DNA from: Octopus sinensis
Lineage: Eukaryota
Reading direction: 5' to 3'
DNA: 64,000 bases
Assembly (NCBI RefSeq): GCF_006345805.1
Contig: NW_021832440.1
Span: 124,001-188,000 of the forward strand
In this document: positions 24,050 to 35,993 of the stretch, in pieces
How the letters are laid out: each line of letters starts with the position of its first letter
How positions within the stretch are numbered: the first letter of the stretch is position 1
Translations under genes and position numbers: made by a program
Notes under the pieces: generated by a model
What the model was told of the DNA's origin: nothing
The model's input: the letters and a program-made list of their open reading frames with translations, nothing else
The model's database searches: none

Positions 24050-25600
24050 GTAAGCACCTTTTTATCAAGTGAATTAGTTCCACTTAGCTTCCTCGATACT
24101 TTTCAATTAGTAATGGGCATCTAAGAATTAATTTTAACAATATAAACACCCCTTACTCTTTTTTGAACTCTTATTACGTTTTGCATTTAGAAGAAGAACT
24201 AATGATCTCTTAAGATAAAAGGTTTAGAGACACGCTCAATCCAAACTGAGTGTAGGCAATCTTAGATAAAGTCTGCATAGTCTCGAACACTTTGAGGCCC
24301 CACCATAACCTCTAAAAAACGTCTCATTTGCTCTACATTCCCACATAGCTTGAACTTATCGGCATAAACCATGGACACGAAAAAAGCCAAACTAAATTAC
24401 TGTCTTCCCTATTTGATTTGAAGGAAAAAGGCTTGTCTGAAATGATCTATACACTGAAAAAGTTCTTCGGTAACGAACAAGTGTTGAGATAATGTTCGGG
24501 TCTTGTCCTTCTAAAACTTGAGCATCAGAAAATTGCAAGAGTCTCATGGACCTTTTCATCTTTATTCACGTTTCGGCTGAAAATTGCGGTGTCATAAGTC
24601 TTCAGATATTGTGCCTCATCAAAAAAATCTGGCTACTTGTGTTAAAGAAAAATCTACAAGAAACTATTATATTTTACCAGATAATTTTTCAAATGATTGA
24701 AGTTCTTTCGGGGATAAAATTATTTTTCATATTGTAAATTTTATTCATTTAAATTTTAACTAAAATAATTTTTGACATTAGGACCCTTTCCGTTACGTGT
24801 TACTGTGGCAACTACTTAACAAATTGATACTATGAACTTTAAAAATTAATAAATAGTCATTTAATTGTTATTTTTGTAAACGAGACATCAACACCTATTT
24901 TTTCTCACCATTTGAAAATTCGACTTAAACATGAGTTTTACATATACCTCTACAAGTGAATTGGAGAACATCGTGACTATTTTGCAAGTAACAGAACACT
25001 TGGATTTGAATTTATCCAAAATTAAAGCTGGATTCGTCCCCTAATCCTTTGCAATCCAAATCTTAATGAGATTAAAAATAATTTACTTTATCCCCTATGC
25101 CATAGAGCCTATGGAATAACTGTATTTACTAAAATACGAGTCCATTTTCCTATTCAACCTCTTTTAGTATTGATCTTCACCATCTATCGGATGTATTTCA
25201 AAATTAATGGGTACTTCTCCGGACCATTCTTAAGATTACTTAAAATATGGCAGCTTCTATGGATTCGTTCACCGGCATTAGATTTGTTCCTAGAATTCTT
25301 CGATAACGCTTGAATAGGGTCTCATTTGAAAATAAGTGCATCGTTGTATTGTAGCAATAACTGAATATTCGAGAATTGAGATTTACTCATTTTCATTAGA
25401 ATACTTCAACTTCGATAGTGTCGCGTAATCGTTTGATGAAAGCATGCAACTATTCCTTACAAAATGATGGATACACGTAAATGGACAGAGTGCACATAGC
25501 GACCTGGTTCCCCATGGCATGACATATAATATACAAATTTGAGAATTTCTCATTCGAAATCCACGCCTTTTCTTAAATTTGGATAAAATCCATAGTTTTA
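24050..25600 (-). CDS. Unidentified multi-exon gene
   Basis: Successive coding-like blocks (LYIICHAMGNQVAM; VARFFDEAQYLKTYDTAIFSR; VYADKFKLCGNVEQMRRFLEVMVGP) separated by short AT-rich spacers; family not recognised. Confidence 0.3.
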
Positions 25601-25654
25601 AAATTTTCAAGTGAAAGCTTCTTAGCAAATAATAATTACAAAATTGAAAAGAAT

Positions 25655-26000
25655 CTGTTATTTACTAGAAGTTAACAAAGCCATCTATCCGAAGTGGACC
25701 CCACCAACATAATTGACGTTGCGTTGCCTCTCACGATAGCAACGGAGATCAACTGGAGAAGCCACCGGGTCTCACGTGTGTCGTGGCTTTTTAATGTGGC
25801 TAAGCGTCCAAGCTTCTTTAGGAAGCAAAGCGATTTCCCACTTATTCCTCAAGTTGTCTCGACCACAATCGGACAAAACACGAATCGATCTCGCAGCGCT
25901 TCATATTTTCTCTCCTTTGCCCTCATCGTTTTTTCCGCGGCATACAGTCTGTCCACTGCGCTCCCGGCAATGTTGGACGGGCAGATAGTGTCCATTCTTC
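25655..26000 (-). mobile_element. CRE-clade 3' end (separate subfamily)
   Basis: AKERKYEALRDRFVFCPIVVET...RETRWLLQLISVAIVRGNATSIML...WLC*; its last ~78 bp recur at 31555-31629. Confidence 0.75.
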
Positions 26001-26479
26001 CTTATTAGATATTAATGCACCGTTCAATATTGCGCCTAAAAATTTTAAAACAGAGATATACTTTTTGATTCCATCGAATTCATCCACTCAACAAGTTTTC
26101 ATCAAGTTGCGGGAACATAAACTTTTTTGAGATGAATTTTTAGTTTTGATTTGTTCCTCAATTCACTCACGACTCTTTAAAATACTGTTAACTCTCCTCC
26201 TGTAAATGTTCAAATTAAACAAAAAGGAAAATTTAGCGAAAATTTTTTAGCATGATAATAAGTTGTTGCCATCCATATAATATAAGGTTTTCGGATCAAT
26301 ATAATAATTTTTAAATTCAAAGAAATTCAAAGAAAAAAAGATCAAAAATCAAAAATGCCGAAACTGATAAATATGCCAAATGTCCAGCTTTACTTCTTCG
26401 AACAGTTGAGCAATATCTTTGGTTGAATATCCATCCAAAGATTTGTTTATTATACTTTCTCTCACATCATTAGATATTA

Positions 26480-27110
26480 TGTCGCGAGCGCAGCGCGCGA
26501 CCGAGCGCTAGACGCGACTTTGACACCTAACAAGCCTATCATCAACAAATATATTTATTAAATTATTTAAAATTTTAACATGATTTAAAATTAAAATTGA
26601 AATAACTTAAGTTTTCCATTGAATCCCATAAAATAATTTATAAGTAGACCTTAATAGAAAAAGTAAAATCAATGAATACTGAACGCTAATTTGGTTTAGG
26701 TTGTGAGGGGGGTAATAATTTGACAGATCTCATTGCTATTTTTTTGTTTTAATCTCTAAAATTAGGTCTTCTAATCAAAAATGAACTGTGCTGACAGGCT
26801 TGCTCCTTCAGAAGATTCTTGTTTTGACATTTTTATAAATTATGAAGCATTTAGATTTTTTCTCATTATTCTAAAATATCAATTATAAATTTTAAAATAT
26901 TATTTTTATTTATGAAATCGGTTTTAAAGCACATTCTGCTTTGGCATCGATTTTAACCCAAATACCAGCACGATTTTAATTTTTGTAATCGAATATATTT
27001 AAATCCAAATACCAGCCTGGGTATTTGTCAATTTATAGATTTTTTGATTGATCGGATCTAGAAATTGAGTGGTCGCTCGCTGCGCTCGGTCGCTCGCTGC
27101 GCTCGCGACA
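26480..27110. mobile_element. MITE-like element with TGTCGCGAGCGCAGCG TIRs, flanked by TA
   Basis: 16-bp inverted termini at 26480-26495 and 27095-27110; a second copy in opposite orientation lies at 50884-51272 plus 60801-60972. Confidence 0.75.
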
Positions 27111-27228
27111 TATTATATATTTGTCGGTGAACCATCGCTGGCTCGATTGAATATTCAGAAGCATTTTAATTATGTGAATCCATTAACAGTAAATTCAGGT
27201 CAATAAAATTTAAATTTTATTTAATTTA

Positions 27229-27375
27229 AAAATTATTATATTGATTCGAAAAATTATTATATTGATTCGAAAAATTATTATATTGATTCGAAAAATTATT
27301 ATATTGGTTCGAAAAATTATCATATGATTCGAAAAGTTATTATATTGGTTCGAAAATTATTATATTGATCCGAAA
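27229..27375. repeat. 21-bp minisatellite (TTGATTCGAAAAATTATTATA), about 7 units
   Basis: Period of 21 measured at 27241, 27262 and 27283. Confidence 0.9.
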
Positions 27376-27429
27376 ACCCTATATTTGCACTTTTTGTTCA
27401 ATGGCAAAATTGTATTTTAAACTCATTTT

Positions 27430-27960
27430 AAAAACTCGGCCGTCCCGGGGTCTTTTCCTTAGCAGCAGCGGTGGGATGAATCGCCTAAAGTTCATCTATC
27501 TCTTGTTCCCATTAACCCACGAATCCGGAAGGGATTTGCCACCCTTGGCGGTGCGGGTCTACAATTTCGTCGAACGGCTTGCACGGCTTGTTGTGCAAGA
27601 AGAGTGGTGATGGAATTTTTTGCCACACTCAGCTTAACGACGTCGTCAAAAGGGCTCAAGAGTCGGCTCGTTTTTTGTGACGCTGTTTCCAGGGACAGTT
27701 AGCAATTTAGGTTTTCCTAGTGTTCAGGTTAAGGAGTCAAAAGGAAAAAATATAGGTACATTTTGGACTCTCAAGTTTGTCCCCCTCGCCTTTGGAAACT
27801 TTAGAATCACCAGCAAGTACGCGACTCAATTTCTTACTGATATTGGTTGGAAAATTTCGACATAACTAAAGACCGGAGGGAGAGTAGCTGGCTTTTCCAA
27901 TGAATCGCGGTTGCTTTGTTCCGCGTAAACTTCCACTCAATACGCAGCGCGCCGTAGTTG
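27430..27960 (+). mobile_element. Highly degenerate CRE-clade 3' fragment
   Basis: ICHPWRCGSTISSNGLHGLLCKKS...HTQLNDVVKRA zinc knuckle and DRRESSWLFQ*IAVALFRVN terminus. Confidence 0.6.
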
Positions 27961-28132
27961 AGCTGACACGCAGGCTCTCCACTATCCTTTTCTTACTTTG
28001 TCTGTTCTCTGATTTTAATCAATTATAAGATTGAATTGTTTATATTGTTCAAGAAAAAGTAAAACCCCCCAAAACGAGGAAAAATCATTGACAGAGAGAT
28101 AAAAACAAGGCACAGAAGTGCCTCTTTTTATG

Positions 28133-28830
28133 CTAACCCCAACTATAATAACTCAAAACAACTTTTCTCCCGAACCATCCGGATCGTGGGACAGAAGATT
28201 CTTGTGAGTCCTCTATCCTTCCGTCAAGTTGTACTCCGTAAGCCAGTTTCAATGCGAAACGTTTTGTCTTTTCCAATTGTTCGATAAGGTAGTCACTCTC
28301 CTCCGTTCCTAACAAGTACGTTTCCCGACCCAGATAAAACCTGGTTAAGCTTTTAAGGATCTTCACACTCCTTTTCCTCTGATTTGATACGTGGTCGACG
28401 TACGAGCCGCAGCAGTAGTGTAAATTCAAGGTCTTGGAGAGATCCATAGCATAATCACTCATAGCATAAGCGCACGATGGCGCACAACAATTCCCTCTCC
28501 ACATCCATGGGATGTTGCTCTTCTCAAATGATAGGGTTAACTCTTTATCTGCTGTCCACTTCTTTAGCATGGCAATGCATGACTTAAGTCGTCTTCAAAA
28601 CTGGGAAATCTTTTTGAGATATCCGTAACCAAGATGTCATCAGCATATATGATAAGTTTGCTAGTACATACGAACGACAGGGGAATGTCCGCCAGAACGA
28701 GGTTAAAAATAAGTGTACTCAAACCGATCCCTTCTAGGTTCTACACATCCTGATAGACAGTTTCCACAGCGAACAAAGGATTTCCTTCAAGACAAATAGC
28801 TCTCCAGCCATCGATAAATCTTTATGCCTG
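28133..28830 (-). mobile_element. APE-class LINE reverse transcriptase fragment
   Basis: GSV*STLIFNLVLADIPL...IIYADDIL RT motifs, with stops. Confidence 0.65.
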
Positions 28831-28971
28831 CTTCGCTATAATATAATTTTTTTATAAATAAAAAATCAAATATTTCAAGCAATAACGTCATAATTCGCAA
28901 TAATCAATCTTGTTAATTATACGATAAATCGACAACTTAAGTAGAATTATTTCCGCATGTATTTTTTTAAC

Positions 28972-30973
28972 ATGAAAATAACCGAATTAAAAATGATAAT
29001 TGGAGGTCTTATTATTTTAGCATTGTCCATTTCCATTGCTCTTGGCATAGATACTATACTCATCCATAGAAAAGTGAAATGCCTAAATATACTTATAACG
29101 TAGACTGAGAATATCCATGGTGCTGTGAGCAGCAGCAGTCCACTGTGTTCTTCTCATGGACGTAGTATTTTGAAGGATGGAGGTTCTGCAGTGGATGCCG
29201 CTATCTCTGTTGCCCTTTGCATCGGAGTAGTAAACGCCCACAGTTCTGGAATTGGAGGGTTGATTTCTGGTGATCGTTCATTAGTAGGGGAGCCTTTATT
29301 GTTGTCCGAGATTCGGCAGGAAACGTTAAGGCGTTTGATGCACGGGAAACAGCCCCAGCTGCTTCTAAAAAGGATATGTTCGATAATAATACTTCTCGGG
29401 AGGGAGGACTATCAGTTGGAGTTCCAGGATTTCTTAAGGGGATCTTCAGAGTCCATCAAATCTATGGAAGGTATTTTTCTCGAATCAATAAAAATAGAAA
29501 TTCCTGGAAAACACTGTTTAAAAACGTGATTGAACTTTGTGATGAAGGAGTAGAGATCTCCCAACCAATGGGTTTTAATTGTGTTCTAATCAATTAGCGA
29601 AGGCATTTAACACAAAAATCTCCATTCAGGAAATCCGATACACTCCTCAACTTGGCAACATCTATTCCTCAAATATTAGCAATACTTGTTGTGTTAGAAA
29701 AGAAGGAGAAAAAGTCAAACTGACGGAATTGGCAACTACTCTGAGCATCATTGCATCAGAAGGGATTAAACCATTTTATGAAGGAGAGATCGCTGATAAC
29801 ATCATTTCTGCGGTATACCAGTCATTCTGATTGCCAAAGGTAGTTCAAAATGGAGGGATTATGACAAAACAAGATCTCGAAAACTATAAAATCATTGAAG
29901 AAAGCCCAATTTTTGTTAAAATTCGAGGTTTATGGTAATTTTTAAATTCTAAGAAAGCACAATTTACTCGGTGCCGCCTCCTAGCATTTCAAGTTTTATT
30001 TTTGCGGTTTTGAAAATTTTGGAAAAATTTGAACTCAAAGATGAGGACTTTGAGAATCCTGAAACATATAGGAAAATTTTGGAGGTTTCCTGTACTTGAC
30101 ATTATATAGACTTTTCGATACGCCTATTTAGGGGTTGAGAACTTCGGCGACGTTGAGGATCGAGGGACTGAGATGTTAAATCAAATTTTAAGGTTTTATC
30201 TTGTAAATGAGGCTAGCGAGGAGTTTGCCGAAGAAGTTTATAAAAAAGTTCTTAAGGGCACAGTCGAAAACGGACCAGTCTCTACCAATCCTTCATTCAG
30301 GGAAGACAGCGTCGGGACTTCACATATTTCTGTAATCGACGATACCGGCCAAACTGTCTCGATTACATCGTTATCATTATTATTAAAATTGGTATTTCAG
30401 GTCCATTAATCGGTATTTCGGGTCACATGTAATGACTCGAGATGGAATAATCCTCAATAATCACATGGATGATTTTTCCAGTGGTTCAGATAACCTTAAT
30501 TTTACAGTTTGTAATTTTTCGTTGTAATCAGAACAATTTACCATTGCCTGGTCATCGCCCAATTTCTGGAATGGCCCCCCTAATAATCGCGGACGAATCA
30601 AATGGGAAAATATTTAGTTTAGGTGGAACCAATGGGACCCGAATTGTTACTGGTTAATTTTTTCGCAAAACAGAAAGGGCTTGCGAACGTCCTCATAAAT
30701 ATTTTTATTCGCGGATATAATTTAGAGAAAGCTATTGAAGCTCCGAGATTACATGTTTTGAGTAGCCCGAGGGTATTTTACGAAGGTAGGACGTTTTATG
30801 AATACTTTTTAGATGGATTTAAACCTCATGTATTGGAGGCACTTGGAGGAATGGGGTACGAGATGATACATTCGACTGAGGGTATCAATATTGTCAACGG
30901 AGTCTCCGTTGTCGGGAATAAATTTGAAGCTCATGGAGACACTAGGAAATTCGGAAAAGGAATCGTTTTTTAA
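28972..30973 (+). CDS. GGT: Gamma-glutamyltransferase (type II membrane, multi-exon)
   Basis: N-terminal TM anchor; ILKDGGSAVDAAISVALCIGVVNAHSSGIGG; FDAREAP-like segment; SVGVPG; catalytic Thr in GTSHISVID; PGHRPISGMAP; AIEAPRLH. Confidence 0.92.
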
Positions 30974-31537
30974 GTAATGAAATATTTTATTAGCCCTTAT
31001 TTCGAGATTTTCTAACTAATAAAATATATCAAAATCTCATTTTTCTAATAACATATTGTAAATTGACTGTTGTTTTAAATATTTGTCATTTTTTGAATAC
31101 CTTGATGAATATTTGAAAAAAAAATTTATTAAATAAACCGCAGGCAAATCAAAATATGACTTAAACCCTGACCTTAAAAATAAACAAAAATGCATTCATT
31201 ATCTACGTAATCATTTTTTTAATTTTTAAATTCCTGAACAACTACTCTTAAATCATTCTAATGCTCTGTTATCTAATGTTCAGTTACTGTTATTTTAATA
31301 TTACCGCGGTTATAAGTTAAAATGCATCAAGTTAAAACAATAGTAATTCCCTTTAAAAATAATCCGCTTGAAGTTCCTAATTCAATAAATCATACAGAAA
31401 TGCAACAAAGTATACGAAAAATATGGAAAACCGATAAGGAATAAAGTAAACTCAAAGCGAAATAGAATATTGGACAAGGGATTAAAAATATGCACGACCA
31501 GTTGTGCCAGCTGTTTATTAAGAATTACAAACTCACT

Positions 31538-31629
31538 ATTTACTAAAAATTAACGTGAGAGGCAACGCAACGTCAATTATGTTGGGGGGGTCCACTTCGG
31601 ATAGATGGCTTTGTTAACTTCTAGTAAAT
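31538..31629 (+). mobile_element. About 90-bp CRE-clade 3' end insertion with 17-bp inverted UTR copy at its 5' end
   Basis: 31555-31629 matches the reverse complement of about 25660-25736; 31538-31554 is 15/17 identical to the reverse complement of 31613-31629. Confidence 0.65.
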
Positions 31630-31729
31630 TACAGTAACTTTTGATTAAAATATATCATTTCACACTTAAAATTAACTAAACTAAATATTACTGCTCCAGT
31701 TGGCTAAGTTGAACAGCGCTTGCAAAGTA

Positions 31730-33985
31730 TCTTAATAATAAAATGGTATGGTGTGTGTCTGTCTGTCTGTCTGTCTGTCTGTGTGTGCACACCAACTTCA
31801 AATTGGCAATACGATGTCCTCGACTTACATGATGAGGTCCTTAAAACCTTCCCCCCAAAAAAATTAAAAAAAAAATTTCTGCATTTTGGTTAAAATGAAC
31901 AACTACAATGTCCTCGACTTACATGATGAAGTCCTTAAAACCTTCCCCCCAAAAAAATTAAAAAAAAATTTTCTGCATTTTGGTTAAAATGAACAACTAC
32001 AATGTCCTCGACTTACATGATGAAGTCCTTAAAACCTTCCCCCCAAAAAAATTAAAAAAAAATTTTCTGCATTTTGGTTAAAATGAACAACTACAATGTC
32101 CTCGACTTACATGATGAAGTCCTTAAAACCTTCCCCCCAAAAAAATTAAAAAAAAAATTTTCTGCATTTTGGTTAAAATGAACAACTACAATGTCCTCGA
32201 CTTACATGATGAAGTCCTTAAAACCTTCCCCCCAAAAAAATTAAAAAAAAATTTTCTGCATTTTGGTTAAAATGAACAACTACAATGTCCTCGACTTACA
32301 TGATGAAGTCCTTAAAACCTTCCCCCCAAAAAAATTAAAAAAAAATTTTCTGCATTTTGGTTAAAATGAACAACTACAATGTCCTCGACTTACATGATGA
32401 AGTCCTTAAAACCTTCCCCCCAAAAAAATTAAAAAAAAATTTTCTGCATTTTGGTTAAAATGAACAACTACAATGTCCTCGACTTACATGATGAAGTCCT
32501 TAAAACCTTCCCCCCCAAAAAAATAAAAAAAAATTTTCTGCATTTTGGTTAAAATGAACAACGACAATGTCCTCGACTTACATGATGAAGTCCTTAAAAC
32601 CTTCCCCCCAAAAAAATTAAAAAAAAATTTTCTGCATTTTGGTTAAAATGAACAACTACAATGTCCTCAACTTACATGATGAAGTCCTTAAAACCTTCCC
32701 CCCAAAAAAATTAAAAAAAAATTTTCTGCATTTTGGTTAAAATGAACAACTACAATGTCCTCGACTTACATGATGAAGTCCTTAAAACCTTTCCCCCAAA
32801 AAATCAAAAAATTATTTTCTGCATTTTGATTAAAATGAACAACGCGAATGTCCTCGACATTCATGATGAGGTCCATTAAAACCTTCAAGGCAAAAATCTC
32901 ACGTATTAAGAATATCCTTGATGAAAACGACAGCGAGAATATTAACAATGATGAACTCCCAATTATTCGCGATAAAGAAATTCAATTCATCCTATGTTTT
33001 TCTCTTTAAAATTAAATGCATATATCATTATCGACCATGAATCAAAATTAAAGCTATTATCATATTTGACTTTGACAGAATGTGCAATCACAGATTGCAC
33101 GACTTTGAATAGAGTGTGCAATTAACAGATTTTGAAAAACCACTTTGATAGTTGAAACCACATTAGCACAATCATTAACACAATTTACCACCAATTGACG
33201 CACGACCTTGAATAGAGTGTGCAATTAACAGATTTTGAAAAACACTTTGATAGTTGAAACCACATCAGCACAACCATTAACACAATTTACCACCAATTGA
33301 CAGCGCAATCAGAAGAATTTGCGTAAAAATATTAACTATTTACTTGAGTTTTTCGTAAAGATAGAATTTATTTTCGGTATGCCTCTTTTCCTAAACTTTT
33401 TTATTATTCAAAAATAATTTTTTAAATAGATAACCGAAGGAGGAAAAACGAAGCTGAAGAAAAAACGGTCAGCTTAATAAGGTAATTAATTAAATCTTTT
33501 TTGTGTGTCGCTTTTTTGTGTGTCGCTTTCTTGCCTGCCGCATTTCCGCCTGCCGCATCTCCCCCTGCCCCATTTCCGCCAGTAAAAAACAAAAAAATAA
33601 AAAAAGAAAAAAAAGGAAATTACAAAGGAAAAATGAAAAAATTAAATATAAAAAAAAATAAACCACAAAAAATGAAAAAAAAAGTTTGCAATGACAATAA
33701 ACAAGGCCCAGGGACAGTCATTAAAGGTAGTTGGGTTATTTTTAGAGAGTGAGTGCTTTTCACATGGACAGCTGTATGTGGGATGCTCGAGGGTAGGCAG
33801 AAGAGAAAATTTATTCATATATGCCAAGGAAGGACGGACGACAAACATCGTTTATCAACAGGCGATAGAATAGGGTTACATTAAACCAGGTAGTTTTATA
33901 CATCTACATAAACTTATAGTTGTTTGATGAAACAGGCCCTCCGCAGGAGCTAGGTCGCGGTGAGCGAAGCGAGCTGCCGAGCTAG
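31730..33985 (+). mobile_element. Non-autonomous Helitron, copy 1
   Basis: 5'-TC and CTAG-3' termini between host A (31729) and T (33986), no TSD; (GTCT)n near the 5' end; 94-bp array; helicase remnant [11 protein letters not shown]...[13 protein letters not shown]. Confidence 0.9.
31815..32880 (+). repeat. 94-bp tandem array inside Helitron copy 1 (11 full units plus a partial)
   Basis: Unit starts at 31815, 31909, 32003, 32097, 32192, 32286, 32380, 32474, 32568, 32662, 32756 and 32849. Confidence 0.95.
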
Positions 33986-34332
33986 TTACTAATAAAGAAA
34001 AATAGGCGTTTGAAATAGCTACTTTTTATGAATATTTGTTATTGATTATTCAGTAATTGATTAATCAATTAATCATTTTTCCGGAATGATTACAGTTGCA
34101 TGATTGTATTTTTTATCGGGTTTGATCATCAAAAAAATATATAAACTTACGATAATAAGAATCAAAATATTGAATTACAAAAAAATCGAACGTTAATTTA
34201 TCATATAAAAAAATATTATTGTAAAAAAAGAAAAATATCCTTTAATTTTAATACAAAATTGATTTATATTTTGTATTTAATTTATTATTTTAAATCGTAA
34301 AAGATTATAAATATAATCAGATCTAATTTCAT

Positions 34333-35033
34333 ATGCTTCTTGTTGCATTCTTGTTAATAAAATTATAATAGATCTTCCTAATATTCAATTCCTTTGCCAT
34401 TTCTAAAAATGTTGATGTCGAAATCACTAAAGAAAATCAAGATGGACAGGTCATCGAAATATCTGCCTCAGGGAACTTGCAATCTGTCATAGAAAGACTA
34501 AGAAATTTCAAGAAATCTATTCTGGACATTGTAAGAACATACAAATAAACTTAGTTTTATCCTAATTCTGGTCTCTCTGATGCAGTCGACGTTACCACAG
34601 ATATTCTTAGCTCTTACACATCAGGTAAATAATTTCGTATCAGTTCTTAGAGAATGAAGCGAACATTCCAAAAAAAGACCTGCCGATCGACAGTCAATCT
34701 GTGGAAGATCCAAGTGGGATCGAAAATGGCTCGGATGAGTATCCCATTTACAAGTCGAAGTTAGAGAATTTCCTGGCATGGGTTAATATAGATTATGTAA
34801 TTTATAAGGTCCACTTCAACCGTAATCCAATCGTGATTGGATTGTCTGCTTTCTGTCTCCTTTTGGTGCTAATGGTGGTCGTGAGTGGATACATAAAAAT
34901 GAGAAGGTCACGAAAAGTTGAATTTTAAGTCTTACATGTTTTTAGCACTATGATCGACTGAACGATGACATTGATTCCATCGATAAACAGAAACTGGTTA
35001 ATTATGTCGATTAATTTGTCATAGGATGCATAA
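34333..35033 (+). CDS. Hypothetical single-pass membrane protein (multi-exon)
   Basis: Hydrophobic N-terminus, several short GT-AG introns, TM segment VIGLSAFCLLLVLMVV; family not recognised. Confidence 0.4.
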
Positions 35034-35993
35034 TTACTTACACTAACAATTTCCTCGGTTATACTAATCAGTGATTTTTATTAATTTGATTTTGGGTTTT
35101 ATAAGCTGAAAGGAGATTAAAGAGACAAAGTGATCTGTATATAATAAAAACGAGTCATCTAGGCCTATTTTGTAAACTAATTTTGGTGCAAAGAATATAC
35201 TTTAAATAAATCGATAATTTAGTTCGTTGTTAAATAAAATAGATCAAGGTGCATTTTTCTAATCAAAAATGATTTAAACAATCAAATTTTTTTGATCAAG
35301 AATGAAATTTTTATAAATATTCTAACATGAAATAATTTTTTTTTTTTTTTTGATGAAAACCAACCAATAACTACAAGTTAATTAATTAAAAGCTTCAAGT
35401 GCGGGAAGCCGACGCGATCGAGAAAGAATTAGAGCGTACTATCGCAAGGGATATCCGCTCGAAAAACCATCTCGATTCGCGGGCGTCGCCTGTGATGGCA
35501 GACATGCGGGATCCGATCTCCTGAACGAAGCTGATTGCCTTACTGCCCAAGGAACATGAAATAATTATACTTGAAATTCGAATAAAAAATTTGGTCGTTT
35601 CATATTTTCCTCAAAATAATTGCTTTATATTTAATATTGTTGAAAGGCTTTCATTACATCGTAATTATTATATATTTTTCTTTTAAGAGCAGGATTATTT
35701 TTGAATAACAAATTCTAATTATTGAACGCGTCATACTATGACGCACCATCACGATTTTTCGATTTTATTTCTTAATTTTGATACAAAAATGGAGATGACC
35801 TTTTTCATGGTTTAGAGTTCGAACTAAAAAGAAAACAAATTAGAGACCCAAAGAATAAAAACCAAATATTCAAGTATATCAATCCTCTCAAAATGTTAGC
35901 CGCTTTTACCTCTTTTAGTTATATTAATGGCATATTTTATATTCATAAGAATTGATTATTCAAAATTTAGTCCAAAGAATAAAAAACCATCTA

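Noticed and set aside
31815-32880. CRISPR-like appearance of the 94-bp arrays (also 57250-58420)
   Set aside because: Units are near-identical along their whole length with no unique spacers; they lie inside Helitrons in an intron-containing eukaryotic genome; no cas genes.
33501-33752. Pro/Ala- and Lys-rich ORF in the Helitron (and 53128-53391)
   Set aside because: Low-complexity translation of poly-A tracts and short GC repeats; not conserved in frame between the two copies.
35391-35560. SRP RNA, RNase P or snRNA assignment
   Set aside because: Lacks the SRP helix-8 motif, the P4 consensus, Sm site and snRNA 5' signatures; retained only as an unassigned hairpin.
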